NCBI GenBank assembly: GCA_017654855.1
Contig: CM030338.1
Span: 1,550,001-1,614,000, forward strand
DNA: 64,000 nt
DNA from: Podospora anserina
Lineage: Eukaryota
Direction: 5' to 3'
A program made the translations under genes and the position numbers. Positions 1 to 11,104 of the stretch are shown here, one piece after another. Positions within the stretch are counted from its first letter, which is position 1. Every line of letters begins with the position of its first letter. The notes below the pieces were generated by a model that searched no databases, was not told the origin of the DNA, and saw only the letters and a program-made list of their open reading frames with translations.

Positions 1-730
1 CAAAGGCGGTCCACTTGATGATCACCTTTTCTCGCTGGCGGGGAAAGAGGCGGATGAGAGTTTGGGCTTGTGCAAGCCACAGAAACGTGTTGGAGACAAT
101 TCGGATTGCTTTTAGCTCGTTGCCACCCAAAACCTCCTCCTGTAACGCCTTCGCATTCTGAATCTGATAAATATATTGCTCCTCAGCAGCCTGAAAGGTC
201 GCAGCAGACGCAATGGTGAGTGAGATAACGACAGACAGAGCCGCCACTTTTTGGAACCACGGTCTGCCTCCAATCGTCGGCCCCGAGCCGCTGTGAGTGA
301 ATCCTCGTCGACCAAGAACAACAACTCCACCATCCAGGAAAGATCGTGGCGTGACGAATAACATGATAACAAGCATATACGCAACTACTGTCGTCGCCGC
401 AAGCGCATAGCACTGAGGAAAGGTTGACGCATAAAAGGGATCGCGGAAGTCGGAATATGTCCATCCATCGTCGTCCGGCATTGCCCCTACATTCGGATCG
501 AGCTCGACTGAACCACCGCCAGCGTTGGCAATGATGGCTGGTGGAGTGACTGGTGTGCATAGTGGCCGGAAAGCGGCCGAGGCTGTGAGGGTAACAACAT
601 CGCCATTTGGCATGGACAGAATACCGCCGACCGGGAGATTGAGAGCACCGCAATTGCGACCTTTGGATACTAACGGCGCGTCGGTGGGCACGGGGCCCGC
701 GTTACCGGGAAATAGCTGCCGGGCTTCCAT
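1..730 (-). CDS. palH: pH-response 7-TM sensor PalH/Rim21, 5' part; runs off the left edge
   Basis: Not in the ORF track (no stop in window). Manual minus-strand translation from ATG 730: MEARQLFPGN...WTYSDFRDPFYASTFPQCYALAATTVVAYMLVIMLFVTPRSFLDGG...GGRPWFQKVAALSVVISLTIA...RIVSNTFLWLAQAQTLIRLFPRQREKVIIKWTAF, matching PalH-family motifs. Confidence 0.88.
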   Translation of the reverse strand, partial: MEARQLFPGNAGPVPTDAPLVSKGRNCGALNLPVGGILSMPNGDVVTLTASAAFRPLCTPVTPPAIIANAGGGSVELDPNVGAMPDDDGWTYSDFRDPFYASTFPQCYALAATTVVAYMLVIMLFVTPRSFLDGGVVVLGRRGFTHSGSGPTIGGRPWFQKVAALSVVISLTIASAATFQAAEEQYIYQIQNAKALQEEVLGGNELKAIRIVSNTFLWLAQAQTLIRLFPRQREKVIIKWTAF

Positions 731-3700
731 GACGCTGATTGAGGGCGGCCTTCCGCCTAGTTTCTGTTATTGCCCAATCTCCATGGAATTAATTCCTCGA
801 ATGAAGCAGTCGTCCTCTCGTCGCAGGAAGGCTGTGGGCGCGCAGCGACGAGTTGTCAGCAGCTCCGGGGGCGGAGAAGCCACACAACCGCGCGGGTGGC
901 AGGTCAGGTCGTCGTCGGGTTTGGTTGCGTCGCGATGGTACTACAGGTGTCTAGGGATTGATGAGCTGACAATCAGGATGCCGTCGCGATGTTTGGCGTG
1001 GGGGAGACGATCGCAGAGAGGGCTGGGCGCCGAGAGATGCTCGCAGTCGGGAATCGACGGGTGGGCTTGGAGAGCGGGTGAAGGCAAAAAAACGCAACGG
1101 CAGCGTTGTTGTTTGTGGAGGTTGAAACGGCGGCTGGTCGTGTCTGGCGTCAAGTCTGTCGATTTTGTCGTCGCTCTGTCGTCCTGTCTCAACGGCCGGT
1201 CTCGAAGACGTTTGAACTTTTGAAAGTTTGATGGTGAAATGATTAATAGCCGGGAGTGTAGAAGGGATGGCCCTTCTCAACCCTGCAAAATTGGCCTGGA
1301 GTAAAGAAGCGGAGATACCGTGCCTGGACTGATGAGAGCGCACTGTCCTGAGGGAGGTGACAAAGGGTCAGGTTGCGCTGGCAAATGAAAACTGGGGTGG
1401 TCGTGGTGGTGGTACTGTTGCCGCTAGCATTTCAGTGTTCAGCTGCCTGTCCAAGCGAAGTGCAAGCGCCTGCACACCTCGGCCAGTCTCACCGCTCGAG
1501 GCCTATGAAAAGAGAGGATTCGAGCTGTTGAGAAACGAAGGGACAAATCTCAGTGTGACAAGTTGCTTGCTTGCTTGCTTCCTTTGTGTTCTCCTCACGA
1601 TGCTACCATCAACAGCAATACCGGACGTTGTAAAGTGGTCTTGATTACTTCTCGACGCTTCTCCGTCTTCCGTAGACAAAATAGGGGTGCTGTTTAATTA
1701 GCGCTTATCACTGGATGGCTATAACCAAGCGGGAAAAAAACAAGCGGCCGGGCAGCACTCGCAGCACAACAACGCTCCTCCAGCGATCTGCCAGCTTTTT
1801 TCTGATCCCAGGCTCGCACTGTACGTCTTGGTTGCATCTCAACGCGCAGCGGGGATTGATTGAAAATGTGGTCTGCCCAAGCACACCAAGCACGACAAGA
1901 TTGGGGCGCAGCGTGATTCTTCGTCACCCCAAATGAGCCATCCTGTTTTCCACCACAGAAATGTTACTTAGGTGGTCTTATTCTGACGACGTGTTCCCTG
2001 GAGATACTGGGAGATACTGTGCTGCACAAGTTACACAAGTTGGTGTGGTCGGAAACTGTGGGAGCCCTACACATCGGTTAGCTGGCTAGGACTTGGGACA
2101 GTAGTGAGTTTTCCCCGCTTCTCGCTCACGATGGCACCATCTTGAGGTCACCCTTCGCGTTCACACAACCCTTCTATTGCCTTCTTGTCCAGAACCATCT
2201 TGTGTGAATGTGAAATGCACGAGAACAGCTGCGGGGAAGCAACCCCTCTTGATTCTATTGATCAATCTGACTGTCCGCCAAGGGTTCCCGTCATTCTTGC
2301 CATGCTGTCATTGGTGACCTTGGCGAAGGCTTGTCTGTCGTGGAGAAGAAGCTTGGCGACCCGAAGCCGATGACCCCCAGCTTCGGCATTCTTCGCCCGT
2401 CTAGAACTCCTGGGAGGCGTGAACTCAAACCGCAACGCCGGGAATAAGGTCATCATGGTCTTGGACCCTTTCCATCTGATATGGGCATTGCTTTGACCAG
2501 TGACACACCACTGTGCGCTTTCACTTCCTTCTTTTCTCCGGACCCCCTCTTCCGGATCGGCATCGTCCCACACCGCCACCAGAATCCAGTCAGAATCCAA
2601 AGAGGAATGCCACATGTGAGCATCGGAATGCCAAACCAGGTGTTCCCAAGAAGTTCAGGAATCCTCTTTTGGATACCTTCGGCCGGCTGCTTACAGTCCA
2701 TCTTCAACCAGCAGAGATCCAGCAGTGGTCACATCGGCTGTGGTCCCGCATGTGCCGAAGCTGCAATGGTCCCATATTCCAAAGCGCTCACTGTGACGGT
2801 TCCCTACTAGCTGAGGTGAGATGTCTGATTACACTCATGTGCCACCACCAAATATAGCGCAACTCGTCTTTGTACTGACCAACTGCATACTCTCAAAGCC
2901 AATTATCTGCCTTTGAGGCCGGGACGGGGAAACGGACTTTTCAGCCAGAATGTCCCTCACCTCGACGGCGGTCGTCTAGTTCACCAGTTTGTCCGGCTGG
3001 TCGTCATCATGCCATCACCGCAGGGCGATTCATTCCACGTGTCTGCCCTTCGGATTGCTGGCGTGCTGGCTTCCGAACATTGTGTCCCAACGTTGACCGA
3101 GATCGGGGTCCGTGGCCTTTCTGAGGCCATTGGGATGCCGTGCTGCCCTTCGTGATGGCATTGGTATCGAAGGCTACTGTGACAAGGAAAGCCTTGCCGG
3201 ACATTAGTCGAAGACATCATCACCTACTTTCTGTTAGCTGGAAGCTCAAGGGGTAGTCCATAGCTCCACCTCGATATTCTTGAAGAAAAGTCCTGTTCCA
3301 GACGGATTGTTCGACGGCGGGTAAGGAGTCGCAAAATATGACTGTCAAGTATCGTTAATCTACAAGTCAACGCATTGATATAGGAATTGCTAGGAATTTT
3401 AACAGTTCATGGCGGGGCAGTTGAGGTGATGATGAAAGTGGGCATAGTCCACCCCGCAATTTCGCAGTGGGGAAATCACCAGCAGCCGTCAGTGGTTCTG
3501 GGAACCAGCTGGCCAGGGGCCTCCCTGCACGCCCAGCGTTTCATGTGCCCCAGGGCCAAAAGACTTCCACTTTTACTTTTACTTACTGCTTTTCTGGAAT
3601 ATCACGACAGAAGAAGGCATTGATATCGACGGTAACCACTAGCTAGTAGCTGCTATATGTGGCAGCAAAAGAGAGTATAGTGCCGAAATAGAAGAATATC

Positions 3701-4557
3701 ACAGGGTATAATTGAACCAACAATCTCTTTATGTGGTATAGAAACACTGTTTCTAAGGCAAGATCCTCGCGTGCCAGCTGGCGGAGCTCACGTCAAGCAA
3801 TCGAGAATCAATGCCCATCCCCGTTCCTCTCCCATCTTCCCTCACGACATCATATCGTCCACCTCGTCCTGCATTTGTCAATCAATCATCGACTTCTTGA
3901 CTTTGGACGACACAAACCACCAGACAATTTCACCATCGTCAAAGTTTGGTAGCATCGGGCCTGTCGCGACACGGGCCATGATCGCCGTTTCACCCATGTC
4001 ATTGCCTCCGTCCAGTGCTACGCAGCAGCTAACAGCCTCGGGCATTTGATCCATCTGATCTCGCGATCAAGCCACAGCCGCAGGTCGAGGGTACTCAGGA
4101 CACTGGCAGACGTCGGCTGAAGGCGCTCGATATCCCGCCATCCGGATACCATCTGGATACTGATATCCATCTGATAGCGACTGATTAGCCATATCGAGAA
4201 TTTGAGATTTGGGAATCCCAAACTCCCCATCTTGGCCCAGCGCCAAGCATTAAAATCACCTACACTACCCATAGCCAAGGACAAGGGGGCGCCTCGTCAG
4301 CCAGCCTTCCACCTTGGGGGGCCAGCCGCAGCCTGGGATTCTTCAGGGGTTTTCCGCCATCTCTTGAACTTGATCGGCCGACGGAAGGGGAGCCTGCGAC
4401 GGACGGCTGCATTTTTGCGGTTCTGCGATTTTGTCACTTTTCGCGGCTACACTTTGCGATCTTCCTGTATTCTCCAGGCGCCATCCCTGCTCTCCCGACA
4501 GGCTCAGGAACAGCAAAAGTTGGCATCGTCGCGCGGGCCACGGGCCAATTCGCCAAC

Positions 4558-7500
4558 ATGACAAGGCCAGAGATTATTCGCGCTGGTATGTGCTGAGAGT
4601 TCCCTCATTTCGTCTGCCCCCATGATGCGCGCCGCTGTGGCCCGGTTCCCTGTGGCGCCCTGTCCAGGAGGCTAGGTAGGGGACCGGCTTGCTTTCTGCG
4701 CTGCCCTTCGTGCTCCCCCTCGTGCCTGTCTGTGCCTGTGCTTGTGCAGAGCAGGAGTGGCAGCAACAGCAGCAGCAACAGCAGCAGCAGTAGTCGCACA
4801 GGAACAACTGTACGTCTAGGACCGTTTCTCTGACACACCTTGTCAACTTTCTAGACACCATCGACCTCCAAGCGCACGACAACCCTTCCGCTCCGCGACA
4901 CGCCAGGCCGACCCCTGACGGCTCCCTCGCACCACACCAGGCCGAGACCTTGAGAGAAGTTGCGGCAGAAGCAGCAGAGGAGAACCACCGTAGCCCGCCC
5001 GGTCTGTGGAACAACGACGCCGACACCGACACCCTCTATTCCGTCTCCGACTCCCAGCAGAGCGGCGGTTACGGCACGAGGCACGACGACGCAGGCAGCA
5101 TGCAGACGGGCACCCGGCAGGATGCGCTGGCGATTGCCCAGAACGGAGGCCATTCTGGCCACGAGGTCGATGAGGCGGTCATGGACGGCGAAACCGAGGT
5201 GGACGTGGACGACGACATGATGGACAGGATCTCGAGCTCCCCTTCAATTGAAGATGGTGGGTTGCCCTCTACCCTTCCAGCTTTTCCTTCTTCTTCTTGT
5301 TCGAGTGGTTCTGGACGTTTCTTGGTGCGCTGCTCATCGGATTTGTCTGTAATTGGTGATGCGAGGTCTTCTTCTCCGTACCTCGAAAGTCCTAATTACC
5401 TACCTCCGATGAGCACGGATGGGGAAACGGAACGCCACCAGGCGGTTCAACGCTCTTATTTTCTTTCGCCTGCACGTCGCCATCATCATCTGGACGGTGA
5501 GTTTGAACTACACGGCAGACCGGACACGCCGCAGCCAGCCACAACCTTTAGCCCCACAAATCCCCTCAACTTTGATCCCCCCGAACATGAACTCCAGTCC
5601 GGTGCCGAAGAGGAAGTAGAATTACCGCAAGATATGAGGAGGTACAGGGCAACCCTCACCAGCGGGGAAAGCACCTGGCCGCCCACTCGCCATATCTCAC
5701 ACCGTTATGATGCCACTCCCGGATATCTTCCCTCTAGGGAGCCCGCCGACCAGGACGCCTCTGACGACAGCTACTCGGATTTTCCTAACCTGACAGTTCC
5801 CTACCACAGCTCGGACGAAGATGATGATGATGGCGACTTTTCTGACTCGGAAGATCCTAGATTTGTCGACTCTGGTTGGGGCGGAGAGTGCTTACAAGAA
5901 GCAGAGGACATCGATTTCGAATTCGTATACGCCCTCCACACCTTTGTTGCCACGGTCGAAGGGCAAGCGAACGCAACCAAGGGTGATACCATGGTTCTTC
6001 TCGACGACAGCAACAGCTACTGGTGGCTGGTGCGTGTCGTGAAAGACAGCAGCATCGGTAAGTTGTCAGCGCTCGGCTTTCTGGTTGGCGAAGTGCTCAT
6101 GGGAAATCACAGGCTATCTCCCCGCCGAACATATCGAAACTCCCACCGAACGGTTGGCTCGTTTGAACAAGCACCGGAACATAGATGTAAGTTGGAGAGG
6201 GAGCCGGTGGAAGGAGAGGGGTACTGACAAGAATTAGCTCTCCGCCACAATGCTTGGTGATCAAACCGATAAAGTCCGGAATCCCATTAGATCTGCCATC
6301 AAGAGAAAGAAAGCCAAGACCGTCCAATTCGCACCGCCTACATTTGTGGACTATTCTGATATCGACTACTCGAGCGAGGAAGAGGATGTGGCGGCCGAAT
6401 ACTTTGCCCAGGCCGCTCAACAAGGTCAAAAAAACCAGCAGGCTTCCGCTGCCGCGGACACGGAGGACGATTCGGCCAAGGTTGAACCATTGAAGCCCAG
6501 GACAACACAGAAGGATTCGAAGCCAGACGAGACCGACAACTCGGCGAAACCACGGAGCTCTGAAGAAGGAGGAGAACTCAAGGTCGACGGGCCCAAGAAG
6601 ACGAGCGACGGGACTGTCCGAGACTCGTTTTTCAAAGATGACACAGTCGAGACGAAGAAGATTACGCTTACGCCTAACCTGTTGCGGGATGATGATGGAA
6701 CAAGGCTGTCGAGCGAATCCAAGGAGATGAGACAACGACCAAGCTTGGATAGGTTGCTGGATAAGGACGGCTTGCTCGGCAAAGACGGCAAGAAAGGAAA
6801 GGATAAGAAGGAGAAGGATAAGAAGCCCAGTGCCATTCGAAGCTTTTTCTCTAGAAAGGACAAGGATAAGAAAGCCTCCCATGAGGACGAGGATCTGAGC
6901 AGAGACAGTCACGAAAGAGAGCCGGAGGAGGAGGAGGTATCGCAAGGGTCGCCAGAGAAAACAGGCCCCCAGAGGCAGCCGAGCAAGTTGCAAAAGCAGC
7001 AACCCCGGACGGAGCCATCGCCAACTAGGAAGCCTGGCTCTACTAGAGAAACGGGCAATGGTGTTGACATCAAGGCCTTCTTGTCGGAAAGCAAGGTCAA
7101 CAATGTCGCCAACGTACCACCCGCCACGATGCGTTTGGTAGAAGCCAGCCCGAAGGGTTCTCCACAAGGCAGCCCGCAGACGAGTGGGAGACCTCAGAAG
7201 GCGACCAAGGCCAGGACTCGCATGGGACTTGACGACTTTGACTCTGATGATGATGATCTGGATCCTGAGCCTGTCCAATCTCCACCTTCCCAAGACCCAC
7301 GACGTCAACAAGCACAACAGCAGAAACGTGCTGCTCCAAACAATACCAATCCCTTCATCACTCAGCAACAAGCACAGCCAGCGTCGCTGGGCGGGCAGGT
7401 AGTTAGAGGTGCTCCCACACTTAATTCGCCACCTCAACAGCACGAGGAGAGGCTATCCGAGTCGCCTGTCCAGGTCTCGCCAGTCACGTCTAGCAACCCG

Positions 7501-7933
7501 CCGCCGTTGATGGTCGATACATCGAGCCAAGAGGAAGACCGGTCATCGCCAAGATCGACACCCTCACCAGAACTGATTGAGCACGAAGATGCGGATACGT
7601 CGGTCAACAAGGAGACCATCACGCCGTCCACTTCTTCGAGGTCATCGTGGAATGATACCAACCTCAGGGCCTTTTTCGATTCCGGTTCAGATATTCGGGA
7701 CTTGCTGGTGGTGGTATATGACAAGTCGAATGTCGATCCGGTATCTTCGGACCACCCGGTGGCAAACGGTTTGTTCAGAGAACAGAATGCTAAGCTTGCT
7801 GAGATAACAACTGTAAGTATCTTCATCATTACTGAACTTTTGCAGGAACATTGTATTAATCGTGTCACAGCAACTCGACAATATGCTCGGTGACTGGCTA
7901 GCCCGTAAGCAAAGGCTACGGGGAACAGTCTAA
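4558..7933 (+). CDS. teaC: SH3-domain polarity protein of Tea4/TeaC/Bud14 type
   Basis: Exons 4558-4585, 4855-6057 (optional internal intron 5257-5904), 6113-6186, 6238-7812, 7871-7933, all GT..AG. Protein starts MTRPEIIRADTIDLQ; SH3 FEFVYALHTFVATVEGQANATKGDTMVLLDDSNSYWWLVRVVKDSSIGYLPAEHIETPTERLARLNKHRN; KTVQF resembles an RVxF PP1-binding motif. Confidence 0.85.
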
Positions 7934-9312
7934 TTATACCCACGATTCCTTTATTTTTCGATTAATTCCCCCTGTACGGCCCGACTACCTATTTTCTCCC
8001 TTTGGCTAGTTTGTTTGTCCTTCTTTTTTTCTTCTTGTCGAATTCCCCCTTAGGTACTACACCAACTTGACTTGGTTTTTCTTGGTTTGGTTTTTCTCTT
8101 CTTTATCATCAGTATTATTATCAATTGTTTTTCTTTTTATCCTTCGTGATGCATTTACGATACGACACACGCGGCACAACTGTTGTACCTGCTGCCCAAC
8201 CTATGTTCAAATTTTCCTGTTTTGTGTCTGTTTCTACCACTGTTGTTGAAAGCACGGCTATGCGCAAATGTTTTTTTCTGGATTCTGCTGAATGGAAAGT
8301 GACGAGTCTTGGTTTAGCTTTGTTGGGTTTGTGTTGTTGTGGAAGTGTTTTATTTTGTTTTACTTTGAGGGGGGTTGGAAAGGAGGGGGAAGAGCATTGG
8401 CAAATAATTATTGTTTTGTAAGGGAGTGTTGTAGAATGAGGAGGAAAGCATCGGGTGATATTGGGGTAGCGGTGGGGATAAGAGCATGTATAGAGATTGA
8501 GAGGAACGAGTGAGGAATAGAAGTTGAGGTTTTGAAAGAGACTGTCACAATGATACCCAACGTCAACGTTGAGCCTTGCCGTGTGTGCAGGTTGTCATCT
8601 GATGACGACTAACAAGGCTGGCTGAGTCGGGAGTTCCCGCCTTGGTGCATTGCATGGTGCATAAAGGCACTACAACTTGGTTGAACACGGACAGGGCGGA
8701 TGTTGACACACACACACATGGCAGATGGACCTATCATTCCTTCTCCACTTGGCACAGACTACTTATCCCATCCTAAAATGTGATTCATATACGGGCTTGA
8801 CCTGCGGAATAGAATACAATTCGTAGATAGACAAGTAGACACGGCAGAGGGAGTGTCACTTGGACAGGGACCAAGGGCTTGGCGATTCTGGATAGACATC
8901 TTCCGCGCAATGAGAGCTGAGAAGAAACAATGTGATTCACAGTCGTAGGTGGGGAAAAAAAGAAGCTAAACAAATTCCTCCGCTGCCCGACTCTAACCAA
9001 TCGACACCGAACTCAAACAACAGCCCAAACGGGGTAGCGAAACATCGCGCTTGGGTGGGGGGTGGAGTCGATCCGACCTCCGGCTTGGTAAACACTCGGA
9101 CATGTGTGATGTAGTGGAACCGAGGCCGTATCCGACGTACTACGGGGACATCGACGTTCTCTGTTCTGTTTAACTACAACTGTTTACCCCTCCCTTCCCT
9201 TCATTTTCGTTCTCATTATCAGTTCTTCTCATACTCACCCTCATGCAAACTCGACTTTCATAACTCAAAACCAACACACTTAGCAAACAAAGTAAACAAA
9301 ACAGCCGCCAAA

Positions 9313-10014
9313 ATGTCCTTCCTCGGCCTCGACCTCGCCTCAACAAACTACTCTTACTACTCCATCCCCGCCGCCTTTCTCATTACCATGGCTCCCAATG
9401 TGTACGCAATGGTGTTGGCGGGGAAGAATTATGATTTGAACCAGTATGTCACACACACACACACCACCATCTCACCCTTCATAACCCTCGCACTTCAGCA
9501 CCGGATTCCTCGGCTTCTTTCTCGCCCCCATCTCAACAAATATCTTCAATCAAGACATGAAGGAAAAAAGCTAACAGAAATTGTAGACCCCGCCGCACAG
9601 AAGAGATTTGTGCCAAAGATACCTCCATGCCCAAGCCCGTATGCACCCTACTACCCTCACATATCTCCCCCCTCTCTCACTCAACAAGAAAACCCCAGTG
9701 TAAAAAAAGCACAACACTAACAAACCCCCCAGACCCTTCAAAAAATCTCCCGCGCCAAAGCCGCAACAGCAAACGGCTTCGAAACCCTCTCTCTCTACGC
9801 CGCCTCCGTCGTGGCAGCCAACGCCTCGGGCGTCGTCCCCGTCTCCAAGCTCAACACCCTCACCCTCGGCTATGTCGTCTCCCGCGCCGCCTACAACTTT
9901 GTCTACGTCGTTGCCCAGGACAACAAGAAGCTAGCCAGCATCCGGCCCCTTGTCTGGGCTGCTGGCGTGATCATCATTATGAATCTGTTTGTGAGTGCTG
10001 GTGGAAAGGTCTAA
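9313..10014 (+). CDS. MAPEG-family membrane protein
   Basis: Exons 9313-9443, 9587-9638, 9733-10014. Spliced protein has NYSYYSIPAAF, NQPR, RAKAATANGFETLSLYAASVVAAN, YVVSRAAYNFVY and several hydrophobic helices, typical of fungal MAPEG proteins. Confidence 0.8.
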
Positions 10015-10191
10015 GTATTTTCACTCTGTAAAAGTGAGAGAGTCATTCCGAAGGGAGAAAATGCAAAGGGGGGATTTGATAAGGCGAAAGGGGGTTTGTG
10101 AATATGTATTTCTTTGTGCGGCACACCTTGTATATATACAAGCTCATCTCATTTTCCCCCAACCATCCCCATCTCCTCCTTCGAAATTCGT

Positions 10192-11104
10192 TTAAGCTAT
10201 ATATCATTGTCAGCAATCACTTCTCAACATCTACACCCAGAAAAACTCACCCGGCCCCCCAATCTTGGTCGTAATCGCCCCATCCTCAATAAACACCCCC
10301 GAAAAGTAATAATCCTCATTAGTATTCGGATACCCACTCCTTGGCAGCTCCAACACCCCCAAATGCCAATCCTGCCCATTACTACTCGTCGACACACCCC
10401 CCACCGGCGCAACCACCTGCTTCAGATCCGCACCCCCCTCACTATACCACAACCCAACCCTGTTCCCGGAGAAATCAATCTCGTACGCAAAATTATGCCA
10501 CACATTCGCCTTCCACTCGCTCAACTTCCACTGCGTCCTCTGGTTCGTCATCCACTGCAACGCTGGGTTCGCCGCCCCCTGCTCTCCCGAAATCCACCCA
10601 TACTTTAATTCTGTAAAGTGCGACTCAAAAAAGCAAATCTGATGCTCCTTGTTCACCGACGGCGCGTTGGTGTCCCGCCGCGAAATCGAAAAGTGGTAAA
10701 ACACCTTCCCGCGGTTGATCGCCGCTTTCGTCTGGGGTATCAGCTCGATCCGGCGCATCGTCTGGCCGTTCCAGTAGGCTGTGCTGTCGAGCGTGAACCG
10801 GGCGCCTTGTTTGGAGACGGTGTCGTTGGGGTTCTTGTAGTCAGGCGAGAGGTTGATGTAGCGGTTTACCGTCCCGGAACCGTGGATGTAGTATTCTTTG
10901 TTTGTAAAAGCTCATATCAGCCACCATGTGGTTGGTAAGAAGGGGAAGGGGGAACATACGATAAGGACCAACTTGATTAGCCCAAGACCACTTGTTCAGA
11001 TCCGCCGAGGAAGTAAAGTCGTTGAACCTTCCATCCCAGAGAACAGCACCCTCAACGGCAGCAACACCACAAAGGGCGGCGGCCAACAATGTCGACGTCT
11101 TCAT
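10192..11104 (-). CDS. Secreted glycoside hydrolase family 131 beta-glucanase, catalytic domain only
   Basis: Exons 11104-10960, 10895-10251, 10196-10192. Signal peptide MKTSTLLAAALCGVAAVEG, then VLWDGRFND, WSWANQVGPYQYYIHG, MRRIELIPQT, EHQICFFESHFTELK, DWHLGVLELP: GH131 motifs. No CBM1 seen. Confidence 0.92.

Noticed and set aside
525-1223. 232-aa plus-strand ORF
   Set aside because: Antisense to palH and its leader; no recognisable domain.
1300-4500. Short ORFs and small repeats (GGAGATACTG x2 near 2000, ATCxGATA-like runs near 4140-4180) in the palH-teaC intergenic region
   Set aside because: No coherent gene model or transposon hallmark; repeats too short to exceed chance.
6097-7443. 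448-aa minus-strand ORF (similar shadows at 19982-21193, 36246-37379, 37443-38417, 60986-61768)
   Set aside because: Antisense shadows of real genes produced by codon bias.
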